A stretch of 64,000 nucleotides of DNA, from positions 1 to 64,000 of the IMG/VR virus record IMGVR_UViG_3300021255_002723, one strand, 5' to 3'. Below are positions 49,648-58,734 of this stretch, one piece after another (position 1 is the stretch's first letter; each line of letters starts with the position of its first letter). Origin of the DNA: a virus. Taxonomy: Duplodnaviria; Caudoviricetes. The position numbers and the translations under genes were made by a program. The notes below the pieces were generated by a model. The model saw nothing but the letters and a program-made list of their open reading frames with translations. It made no database searches and was not told where the DNA came from.

Positions 49648-52600
49648 TTAATAATTTCTAACGTCATCATAAGTGCCCCTTACATTATCAAAGCCCCTAT
49701 TATCGAATTGTATGTTTCTTCTGATGTTTGGAGTAAACTTGTCTAACGCCCTAATATATACAACACTCTTAGGCTTCATCTCAATTTCATCCCATTGGAC
49801 GCATAGGCAATAATTATACCCTATAAGGTTTGATAGCCAAGTGTCCGTAAAGCACTTATAAAGCTTTCCTTGCTTGTTATCTTCCTTCGACTGCATTACT
49901 ACACCATTGTTACATATAAAGTCCTTCAGAACCTTTCTTTCGGTTTCCCAACGCTTTTTATATGGGTTTGAATTACTGCTGCCGTCTAATGCAAACTCTT
50001 CCTTTAGAACCGTAATATATTTCTTTACAGATTCATCAACGTGAATGTTTTTTTCCTTAAACCACTCAATGTTTTTTTGCATATATTTCGCAATTAATGC
50101 TTCTTTGTCTTTAACAATAGAATGATTAAGCAATTCAAAATTAAACAATACGTATTCAGTATCAAACTCAAAACCATCAATACCTAATGATAGGTATAAT
50201 TTTGACAACTGTTTATCAGGGTTTCTATCCGAATACCACAACAAAGGTATGTGGTTATTTAAATAGAAATAAGTTAAATCATTTTCATCACTTTCCGAAA
50301 TAACTTGAATAATGGCATTTAGTAAATCTTTGTCAACCGTATTATCATATTCTTCAATCATTGAAGAAATTCTGTCATATTCTCTGTTGTTTCTTGCATT
50401 ATCAAGTTTATTTTGTAACAAATAATATTCTTTTTGTTTGTCCAAGAAAATATTATTGTCTTTGTTAATCTTATCCCTTAAATTAATAATATTAAAACCA
50501 TTTATATTTGCTATTATATAATGTCCATCTGTATAAGTGGTATATTTTTCGCATTTATATGCGTGGGCTGTAAAATATATTCCATAGCCGTATGTTCCTC
50601 TGCTTCCACCTTTTATCTTTGTTGGGTCAACAGTATCCCACTCTGTTCCATTTCCATCTTCTCCTGTGCCATGAAAAACATATCCATCTTCTGCCATTTC
50701 GCCAATAACCTTATATCTAGCCATTTGGTTATTCCTGAAAATGTCGTATCTAGCACCTTCCGTTACAGACTCTGTAATTGAATTCGTCTTGTCATAAACA
50801 GCATTCGAAAGCTTCCAAAGACGGTCAAGATAGCCTGTTCTTCTCAGTATCTTATACACAATGTTTCCGCTTCCGCTTTCGCCATGCTTCTCAAGACTGC
50901 TCTTGCGCATTTCCTTTACCTTTTTCCAAAGATAATCTGCATCATCACCCATCTGTTCTATTTCATAAGAATCATCCGTAGCTGCAAGAGCGTCATACAT
51001 ATCGTCAATGATTGTCATGATTTTTGCTGCCTTGTCCTTAATTGAAAACTTGTTCAACCTTATTGGTTTAATATCATTAGGATTTGGCTCTTTTATCCAA
51101 TCATTTTCCTCCAAGTCATAAATGCCATTTGATTCTGGCATTTCACCCAAATTCTGAACATAAAGCTCAACTTGGTATCCCATTATCTGAAGACCTTTAT
51201 GCTCGTTGTTCCACTCATTCTTCTTTGCATCTAAATAATCATGGACAAACTCTGTCTTTTCATCAATTTCATTGAAATCAACAATAAGATGTAAATCAAT
51301 GTCAGAATATTGAGACCAATTGAAATTACAGATTGAACCTGTTAATATTATACCACTAGGCTCAACCCAAGTCAAGTTTACATATTTCCAAAAATCGTCT
51401 GCAATGTCTAATAGTTTAAGCCTAATTCTTGAATCTAGCTTGCCATCTGGTTTCCATATATTTGGAACTAATTCATGTTTTTTCTTGAATGAAGATAAAT
51501 CTATTTCAGAACTATCTACCTCAAAATCAAAATTCTCTTTAATTATTTTTAGTTGGTTTTCAGAAACTACTATTTTCTTATTTTTATTCTTTGACTCAAT
51601 TAACGATAAATTACCGCTAGTGTCAAGTTTATATACATTACCATTAAGTTGAACCACAGCAAAACCTTCACGGAAATTACCAACATAATCAAACCATTGG
51701 TTGCTCAACAATCTACCTTCTTGGTTGATGAAATTCCACTTGTTATTAAGACTAACCTTAGCAAAACCTTCACGGAAATTACTGATAAAATCAAACCATT
51801 GGTCACTTAAAAGCCTACCTTCTTGATTGATGAAATTCCATTTGCCATTAAGTTCGACACTAGCAAAACCTTCACGGAAATTACCAACATAATCAAACCA
51901 TTGGTTGCTCAACAATCTACCTTCTTGGTTGATGAAATTCCACTTGTTATTAAGACTAACCCTAGTAAAACCTTCGCTGAAATTACCAACAGTATCAAAC
52001 CATTGGTTACTCAACAATCTACCTTCTTGATTGATGAAATTCCATTTGCCATTAAGTTCGACACTAGCAAAACCTTCACTGAAATAACCAACATAGTCAA
52101 ATACATCGTGTATATCTTCTCCATTAGCAAGACGTTGCATAACATTGGCTATAAGTTCATTCCACTTATTGTTTGGCTTAAACGCCTCAAAGAAATTCAT
52201 ACCAATTACTTGACTCACTTCCTTTGCATTCATAATACTGTCATCACCACCATTATCGTGATTCCAACGACAAGTGCAAGTGTTTAACATGCCATTTTCA
52301 TTAACGCTTACGGCTATCATAGACAAGCCGTACTCATCCAATGGACAACCTTCAGATGGTGCTTCCTCAACATTCTCAAAACCATTTCTTAAGCAAAAAT
52401 AAAATTGGTTGATACCGTCACTAGTGTATGAATTAAACATATTATTATCGTGCGTTACACACCAAGATACGTAATCACCGTATTCCTCTGCTTGTTCAAA
52501 AGAGTCAATTCTAACAATCTCATAATCAGAAGGGGTGTTAAACGCCATCTTGCCAATTTCAGCCTTCTCAGCCTCAAGATTGTCACTCATTGCTTTTGCA

Positions 52601-55119
52601 AACCTTTGAATAAGTTCTTGACAAGACATTCCATTAAGATTCCTATCATACTCATTGATATGAGCATCTGAAGCCACTAACTTAAGTGTTGAATTAAGAT
52701 TTCCAATGTCATTGGCAGTTCTTAATTCACCGTCACAGAACATCCTTGTCACGCCAAGGATGAACTTGCTGCCTTGAGGTGTTCTTAACGTTGGAATGTC
52801 GTTTCTGAGTTTAATCCTTATAAATTTATCAGCTTCTTGTTCATTATAGTTAAGTCTTTGCATTACAAGTTTTTTTGCAGCTGCAATGGACTTTGATTCT
52901 TGCGACTCTATAATTAGATGAGAATTATTCATGTTTTTATTTTCATATTGCACGTTTCCCATTGGTTTTATCCCATCCTCATAATATCTCCTTATATCTG
53001 CAACAACAGCTTGAGGTTTAGCATCTGAGTATGAAACTGAATGCAATGTATTTCCTTTGTCATCGGTAAAATCTATGTCAACGTCAACAGCATTTCTAAT
53101 AAAATCTCGTATTACATAGAACTGTTCATTTGTAGGCTCTTTAGTCATGTCAAGAATTCCAGTGTTAACGTCACATCTTATTGCACCGTGATTCATAAAG
53201 TCAACAACATAGTTATAGCGATACTCGTCATTCCATATTTTTATCCCATTCTGTTTATAAACAGCTGCTATTTGTCTATGGTCTGTTTCTCTATATCCAT
53301 CACTTCCAAAATTCAACAATTTCCCATCTGGAAGAATATATCCAGCTTGGTTCAATCTGCTAGTTAAACCAAACTCATCTATGGCCAAAGAAATAATATC
53401 ATAATTTTCTTTTGGCTGTTCTAAATCTTTTCCGTTTTCTTCTTTGTTTTCTTCGTCAGTCCAAAGTTTAGTAATTTTATGGAGTCTATCACTTAATGCT
53501 GTATATATCTTAATATCTTTTGGGTCTACACTTATTTCTGGGTGCGTCTTTTTCATCCAAGAGCTTATATACCAACCATCAAACCCATATTTTTCTTTTC
53601 CTTGTTTCAAAAAATATTGTAGGCCGTAATTTGCCTTGTTAAACAAATCATCATATTTATTTTCTATTATTTGCGCTTTATTTTTTTTACTTTCGTGGAA
53701 ACGATTTCCTTGAGGTTTTATCCCTTCATCAAAATATGCTAATATATCGTTTATAATCCTATTAGGGTTTGCATTTTTGTATTCTGCACCACATATCATT
53801 TCTGCATAAAATCTCCCCTCTTTATATGAGGAAATGTCCAAAAATAGACTTCCATCAAATTCTATGATATGTTTTTTCAATGGTTTTATTTGCTCTTTCG
53901 TTGGTTTTTTAGTTAATTCTATTCCTCCAAGGTTGCCAATTCTTATATTCCCTAAATTCAAGAATTTACCAACAGTCATGCCATTTATTTTAGATATTTC
54001 ACTATGGTCTCTGAAAGTTATAACATCACCATTTGTTAAAATATATGAACTATTCCCTTTGGTTTGTATTTTTTTGGCAATTGCATTAATATCCATAACT
54101 GCGCCAATTTCAGATGAATCGAAACTAGCAGATTCATTGATATTTAAACCATCTAATAGATTTTTATTCTTTGACTCATAATATTCATTTCCTTGTGGCT
54201 TAATTCCTTCTGAATAAAACCTGTCAATTTCTCCCATGACATATCTCCAATCTGGACGTATATAGTGCGCCCCAATACTACTTTTTCCTTGGTATATGTC
54301 CAAGTATAGTTCCTCATCTGCATAACAAGCAATCGCTCTTCTTAACACGTCTCTTTGCTCACTTGTTGGCTCGCTACCAATATCAATTGACTGGGGCAAT
54401 ACCCTAATATTACCCATTCTTATAAAATCAAATTTATTGTTTATGTTTGGTATCCTACATATTTCATTATGTTCTGATTCAGTGTATACCACAACACCAT
54501 TTGTCAAGATAAAACCTCTACAATCCTTGAAATAGTCACCATGCCTTAATAATTTCATGGCCATATTGTTGATGCTATCTTTGTTGCTCACATCCACGTC
54601 ATTGTCAGAATACAAGTTAACAGTTTCAAATGAACCACTGCCATCATTCATGCAAGTTGTTAAAATCTCGTTTTGCATCTTACTGCCAAACATATCTTCT
54701 AACGTATCATAATCCACATAGTCAGTACCGCAAGTATGATAAGTTTCATTATCTAGATATTCTAATTCAAACTCAACATTATCATTAATGTATTCCATCA
54801 ATGACTCTTGCGTGTTCTCATACTCAGCATCTTGTAGCCATTCTTGATATTCATCTTCGTCAAAATCCCAAGAATAGTTAACTGCGCCAACTTCAGATGA
54901 ATCGAAACTAGCAGATTCATTGATGTGATAACCGTTACCGCCTACTGGGGGATTATCACTTTCAGCACCAATTTCATATTCATCAATTTCTGGTGCCGCT
55001 TCGTTCACATTTACAGAAACGTCATTATGGCTGACACCATCAGTGCCAACCATAACTTCGTTTAATCTATTTTTAATCATTATTAAACTGCCTTCATTAA
55101 ATCTAACAGTCTTACTCAT
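49648..55119 (-). CDS. 1823-aa multidomain (polyvalent-like) protein: three repeat domains, WG repeats, nucleotidyltransferase, ART-like domain
   Basis: GSICNFNWSQYSDIDLH...VELY (pol-beta NTase), YVFHGT...GYGIYFT (ART-like), KWNFINQEG repeats, three (G/S).IL..G...H..I...G.IR modules. Confidence 0.75.
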   Translation of the reverse strand: MSKTVRFNEGSLIMIKNRLNEVMVGTDGVSHNDVSVNVNEAAPEIDEYEIGAESDNPPVGGNGYHINESASFDSSEVGAVNYSWDFDEDEYQEWLQDAEYENTQESLMEYINDNVEFELEYLDNETYHTCGTDYVDYDTLEDMFGSKMQNEILTTCMNDGSGSFETVNLYSDNDVDVSNKDSINNMAMKLLRHGDYFKDCRGFILTNGVVVYTESEHNEICRIPNINNKFDFIRMGNIRVLPQSIDIGSEPTSEQRDVLRRAIACYADEELYLDIYQGKSSIGAHYIRPDWRYVMGEIDRFYSEGIKPQGNEYYESKNKNLLDGLNINESASFDSSEIGAVMDINAIAKKIQTKGNSSYILTNGDVITFRDHSEISKINGMTVGKFLNLGNIRIGNLGGIELTKKPTKEQIKPLKKHIIEFDGSLFLDISSYKEGRFYAEMICGAEYKNANPNRIINDILAYFDEGIKPQGNRFHESKKNKAQIIENKYDDLFNKANYGLQYFLKQGKEKYGFDGWYISSWMKKTHPEISVDPKDIKIYTALSDRLHKITKLWTDEENKEENGKDLEQPKENYDIISLAIDEFGLTSRLNQAGYILPDGKLLNFGSDGYRETDHRQIAAVYKQNGIKIWNDEYRYNYVVDFMNHGAIRCDVNTGILDMTKEPTNEQFYVIRDFIRNAVDVDIDFTDDKGNTLHSVSYSDAKPQAVVADIRRYYEDGIKPMGNVQYENKNMNNSHLIIESQESKSIAAAKKLVMQRLNYNEQEADKFIRIKLRNDIPTLRTPQGSKFILGVTRMFCDGELRTANDIGNLNSTLKLVASDAHINEYDRNLNGMSCQELIQRFAKAMSDNLEAEKAEIGKMAFNTPSDYEIVRIDSFEQAEEYGDYVSWCVTHDNNMFNSYTSDGINQFYFCLRNGFENVEEAPSEGCPLDEYGLSMIAVSVNENGMLNTCTCRWNHDNGGDDSIMNAKEVSQVIGMNFFEAFKPNNKWNELIANVMQRLANGEDIHDVFDYVGYFSEGFASVELNGKWNFINQEGRLLSNQWFDTVGNFSEGFTRVSLNNKWNFINQEGRLLSNQWFDYVGNFREGFASVELNGKWNFINQEGRLLSDQWFDFISNFREGFAKVSLNNKWNFINQEGRLLSNQWFDYVGNFREGFAVVQLNGNVYKLDTSGNLSLIESKNKNKKIVVSENQLKIIKENFDFEVDSSEIDLSSFKKKHELVPNIWKPDGKLDSRIRLKLLDIADDFWKYVNLTWVEPSGIILTGSICNFNWSQYSDIDLHLIVDFNEIDEKTEFVHDYLDAKKNEWNNEHKGLQIMGYQVELYVQNLGEMPESNGIYDLEENDWIKEPNPNDIKPIRLNKFSIKDKAAKIMTIIDDMYDALAATDDSYEIEQMGDDADYLWKKVKEMRKSSLEKHGESGSGNIVYKILRRTGYLDRLWKLSNAVYDKTNSITESVTEGARYDIFRNNQMARYKVIGEMAEDGYVFHGTGEDGNGTEWDTVDPTKIKGGSRGTYGYGIYFTAHAYKCEKYTTYTDGHYIIANINGFNIINLRDKINKDNNIFLDKQKEYYLLQNKLDNARNNREYDRISSMIEEYDNTVDKDLLNAIIQVISESDENDLTYFYLNNHIPLLWYSDRNPDKQLSKLYLSLGIDGFEFDTEYVLFNFELLNHSIVKDKEALIAKYMQKNIEWFKEKNIHVDESVKKYITVLKEEFALDGSSNSNPYKKRWETERKVLKDFICNNGVVMQSKEDNKQGKLYKCFTDTWLSNLIGYNYCLCVQWDEIEMKPKSVVYIRALDKFTPNIRRNIQFDNRGFDNVRGTYDDVRNY
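51610..52110 (-). repeat. tandem 102-bp (34-aa) WG-type repeats in an A-B-A-B pattern
   Basis: GFASVELNGKWNFINQEGRLLS.QWFD alternates with GF..VSLNNKWNFINQEGRLLSNQWFD; about 4.5 units. Confidence 0.9.
54097..54923. repeat. 45-bp direct repeat pair (INESASFDSSE.GAV)
   Basis: taactgcgccaaYttcagatgaatcgaaactagcagattcattgat at about 54097-54141 and 54879-54923, one mismatch. Confidence 0.85.
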
Positions 55120-55142
55120 TAATAAAATTTAAAACACAAAAA

Positions 55143-55463
55143 TTAGTTTTCACAATCATATGCCCACTCATATGTGCCATTACCGCCACACTTACAAATC
55201 TGCTGTCTAAGGTCAGTATAGGTAGCACCGTTCTCACCAATGAACTGAGGAATTTCCTTATACTTGTTAGCATTTTCAGTTGGAAGAGCTTTTTGGTATC
55301 CAGTGATGTTCCAATCATTAGATGAGAATGTCTTCATACCATTGTCACTGTAGCCATCCTTATCCAATGCGGTCTTGTATGAGTCTACGTCTGTATAAAG
55401 CAATTGGTTATCCATATCATAACCATAACCTTCATACATATAATCTAAAATGTTAGTCACCAT
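55143..55463 (-). CDS. hypothetical protein
   Basis: 106-aa ORF with a late motif upstream. Confidence 0.65.
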   Translation of the reverse strand: MVTNILDYMYEGYGYDMDNQLLYTDVDSYKTALDKDGYSDNGMKTFSSNDWNITGYQKALPTENANKYKEIPQFIGENGATYTDLRQQICKCGGNGTYEWAYDCEN

Positions 55464-55526
55464 AATTTAAAATATTTTATATTTAATTATTTTATTCTAT
55501 AAATATTATTCAATAAAAAAAAGGTA

Positions 55527-57149
55527 TCAAACATTTGATACCTTTTGTTGTTGTTTAATAAAGTTTTCTATCTCTCTATCATTTTTCCTTGCTAATGCCA
55601 TATAATCATAATCACCTTCTTTATTAAGTTTAGCAGTATTCACAGTATTATATCTGACAGCCTCCCAATAATCCAACTCTTTATATTCCATATCAATATC
55701 CCAAGATTTCAAATATTCATCATCTAAACCAATTTTCTTTAACGTTTCATAAACTTGAGCTATTGTACCTACTCTGAATAACTTATACAGATATTGGAAC
55801 ATCGAATTATAGTTTTTGCTTCTACTTCTATTATATTTTCCTTCGTTATCGTACATTATCTCCCCAGCAAAAGAGTCTGCATATGATTTGCAATATTCAT
55901 CATCCCATCCCATTGCATCAGAAAACTTGTCTTTCTGTGGGTATAAAGATATAACACCTCTTCTTACTATCAAATAGGCGCATTTTTTGTTTGTATCAAT
56001 TCTATCATAGACATTCCCTCTCTGAAGGTCGTAATATTCATTTTCCATATTTTTTTTGATTAAATACGCCTCCCTAAATGAATTTGCACCAATGGACAAG
56101 CAATAGTCCGTCAGCATTTTTGATATTTTATATGTATATTCGTTTGGCTCATCAGATAAGTATCTTCTAACAGCATCTAGTTTTTCGGCAATACCTTGTA
56201 TTCCTCCCCAAGTTTTACTAGGAGCAGCCATTATAGTTCCTATTTTATTTTTGAATTCGCTAAGTTCATATTTTGTTAAATACTCCATTGTTTTTTTAGG
56301 GAAATTTTTGCCATCAAAATCGTGATTTGCATATGCTATAAAACAAATCACTGCTTCAAGACAATCATACACCTTTCTGTAATATAATCTATCTTCAGAA
56401 ACATACCCTTCTCCATATTCAACTTTATCGTTTGCATCTTTACCATTTGGGTTATTAAATTCTTTTTCTGAATCAAAAATCTTTACATATCTACTGCCTA
56501 ATAGTGTACGATATAAAAATGATTGAGCCAACGCCATTTTATTTGGGTCTTTTTCAAAATCAACAATTAATACATCAACTGATTTAATATATCTATGCGC
56601 GTTTGGAATCATTGGTTCATATGAAAAAATCCTGTCCTCAGACTCATTAGAGATATGATGTTGTACATCATCATAGAAATTATGGTTTATCCAATTTTGT
56701 ATTTCTTCTTCTGAAGCATTCGGATGCTCTTTTTTCCATCTGTTAAGCCAAAATACATGCGCTTTGTCATTTGGTGCTGCGTTTCCATTTAATTCCGCTT
56801 GTTTCGTGTAGCCATACTTGTCGGTAAATGTTCCTCCTCCCCAGTAATTGACTTGTTTTCCCTTATATTTAGTCGCTAGAGCGCTTCCATCAAGAACAAT
56901 CCTAACCCCTCCTTGACTGAATTTTTTGGAATAGCCAAATTGACTATTCCCAATTCTAGTGCAAGAAAGGTAGAATTTTCTCTTTCTATCATAGTTATCA
57001 GCATCTTTTGCATATGCGGATTGTAAATATATTTTATCATCCTTACATATCTTATAGCCATGATTTAATGACGTAAAATGATATAATATATTACTTAATC
57101 CTTCAGTCAATAAATGCTCTTTAGACTCTTTAATATATATTTTTTTCAT
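55527..57149 (-). CDS. leader-bearing protein with ART-like N-terminal domain
   Basis: MKKIYIKESKEHLLTEG leader; ILYHFT...YLSCTR...NESEDRI. Confidence 0.6.
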   Translation of the reverse strand: MKKIYIKESKEHLLTEGLSNILYHFTSLNHGYKICKDDKIYLQSAYAKDADNYDRKRKFYLSCTRIGNSQFGYSKKFSQGGVRIVLDGSALATKYKGKQVNYWGGGTFTDKYGYTKQAELNGNAAPNDKAHVFWLNRWKKEHPNASEEEIQNWINHNFYDDVQHHISNESEDRIFSYEPMIPNAHRYIKSVDVLIVDFEKDPNKMALAQSFLYRTLLGSRYVKIFDSEKEFNNPNGKDANDKVEYGEGYVSEDRLYYRKVYDCLEAVICFIAYANHDFDGKNFPKKTMEYLTKYELSEFKNKIGTIMAAPSKTWGGIQGIAEKLDAVRRYLSDEPNEYTYKISKMLTDYCLSIGANSFREAYLIKKNMENEYYDLQRGNVYDRIDTNKKCAYLIVRRGVISLYPQKDKFSDAMGWDDEYCKSYADSFAGEIMYDNEGKYNRSRSKNYNSMFQYLYKLFRVGTIAQVYETLKKIGLDDEYLKSWDIDMEYKELDYWEAVRYNTVNTAKLNKEGDYDYMALARKNDREIENFIKQQQKVSNV

Positions 57150-57223
57150 AACTCATACGCAATATATATACATAAATAGTTAGCAATCAATATTTATTAT
57201 AAATAAAATACACATAAAACGCT

Positions 57224-57322
57224 ATGATATATTTAAAGAAATTTGAAAATCACAAACAATATGAAGACTATGTGGCAAGTGGATTTTTACACAATTTTTC
57301 TGTTGTTCACATACCAAAATAA
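57224..57322 (+). pseudogene. 32-aa stub homologous to the N-terminus of the 1-724 protein
   Basis: MIYLKKFENHKQYEDY versus MGKYIKLFKNHAEYEE; has its own ATATTTAT motif and terminator. Confidence 0.55.
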
Positions 57323-57359
57323 TAAAAGGTACTGCATTTGTTACAGTACCTTTTATTAT
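57323..57359 (+). terminator. intrinsic terminator (insertion target of the element at 57360)
   Basis: taaaaggtactg-catttgtta-cagtacctttta. Confidence 0.8.
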
Positions 57360-57426
57360 GGCAATAACATCGCAGTTGACCCAAATATCTAAAAAATGAG
57401 CAGCCTAACCAGGTTGCTCATTTCTA

Positions 57427-58008
57427 TTAATGTGGTTTAGAAGGTGTTGAACCATTCGTATTGATATTGGTTTCATAGTCTTCTCTTGCATAGAGATAGT
57501 TAGAAACGAAGGTCAGCACTCTTTTTATCTGTTCTTCATTATGGGGTAGTAAAGTATGCAACTTTCTACTACGTGTGGTTTTGTCAGAGTAAGACACTCT
57601 ATAAAAGTCTTGTGTATTGAAGTTATATTCGATTGCTCCGATACCAAATGGCCTTAACGACACCGTTAATTGTCCGTGCAATACTATTCTTTCATTGTCT
57701 ATGTACTTTACATCAGTGAAACGCAAATCGACTGGGTACGACTGATTTGTCTTCTCATTGTGTTCAACAAACTCAAGGGTCAAGTTTGGAAAGTTGTCGT
57801 GTATTGCAAGTGACAACGCTTTCATTGTTAAGTTTTCGCTACCTCCCATCTTTGTTCTTGCATTAGGATTTCTACTATTCATATAATCTTATTGTGCATT
57901 GTAGTTCGCACCGTGTGTTAGTGCAGCGCCACGATAGCCTATTTCTTTGATTACTTGTTTTACTATGTTATGTATATCATTCTCTGTTAATCTGATTATC
58001 TGTTTCAT
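57427..58008 (-). pseudogene. LTES-leader family gene interrupted by an in-frame TAA
   Basis: ATG 58008 gives MKQIIRLTENDIHNIVKQVIKE...NAQ*DYMNSR; the stop at 57889-57891 is in frame with the 57427-57882 ORF. Confidence 0.8.
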
Positions 58009-58044
58009 TCTGATACGATATTTACCATAAATATCTTCTCGCTG

Positions 58045-58076
58045 CAAAATTACATTCAATTTCTGATAAAAACAAA
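58045..58076 (-). promoter_or_regulatory. Bacteroidota sigma70-type promoter inside the element
   Basis: Minus strand TTTG, 20 nt, TAATTTTG upstream of ATG 58008. Confidence 0.6.
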
Positions 58077-58125
58077 TTCTACGTGATATTTATTAGAAAA
58101 ATAACGAATTAATACGTATTATAAT

Positions 58126-58521
58126 ATGAATAAGAAACTTATAAGACTAACAGAATCAGACCTTCATAGAATTGTAAAAGAGTCTGTACAGAGGGTTCTA
58201 AATGAAGCTTATGACTATAGTTTGCGCAATACATTGCCTAGAGATATAAACGGCATACCATTACGTGTCGGAGATAAAGTTACTTACTATAATAGAACTG
58301 GAAACTATGATACAATACCTTATAGGATTGGTGGTACAATAGAGAATATTGAAAAAACTGATGAGGGGGATGGGTTTGTTGTTACTATACAAACAAAAAA
58401 GCGTGGAACAATCTCTACAGAATGGGCAAAGCACGATGTTGAAAAGGATAATAGCAGTGGCGTAAGTCATCATACTGATGATTTGACAAGACAAATAACG
58501 CATGTCTTATTTCCACATTAA
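58126..58521 (+). CDS. LTES-leader family protein (passenger), SH3/KOW-like body
   Basis: MNKKLIRLTESDLHRIVKESVQRVLNE; DING.PLRVGDKV. Confidence 0.8.
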   Translation: MNKKLIRLTESDLHRIVKESVQRVLNEAYDYSLRNTLPRDINGIPLRVGDKVTYYNRTGNYDTIPYRIGGTIENIEKTDEGDGFVVTIQTKKRGTISTEWAKHDVEKDNSSGVSHHTDDLTRQITHVLFPH

Positions 58522-58524
58522 ACA

Positions 58525-58734
58525 CTAAGCAGCAACAAGACCAACTCTAATCTCAGACCACTTTCTAACAAGTCCAATTGACTTGTCGAACATATGGGCG
58601 AATCTCTCTGATTCGCTCATTTTTCTTGTGTTCCAACGATACACAGCCTCGTCAATGTACTGCTGCAAATGCTCATCAGAGGTGAAATACGAGGTGAGGG
58701 AGATAACGCTGTTGAATTTCTTGAAATCTATCAT
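58525..58734 (-). pseudogene. internally deleted IS1595-family transposase
   Basis: N-terminus MIDFKKFNSVISLTSYFTSDE fused to the C-terminal HLQQYIDEAVYRWNTR motif; the zinc ribbon and most of the catalytic core are absent. Confidence 0.85.

Noticed and set aside
51610-52110. WG repeats as a CRISPR array or DGR template/variable pair
   Set aside because: They are in-frame coding repeats with no unique spacers, the differences are not evidently adenine-restricted, and no reverse transcriptase or cas gene is in the window.
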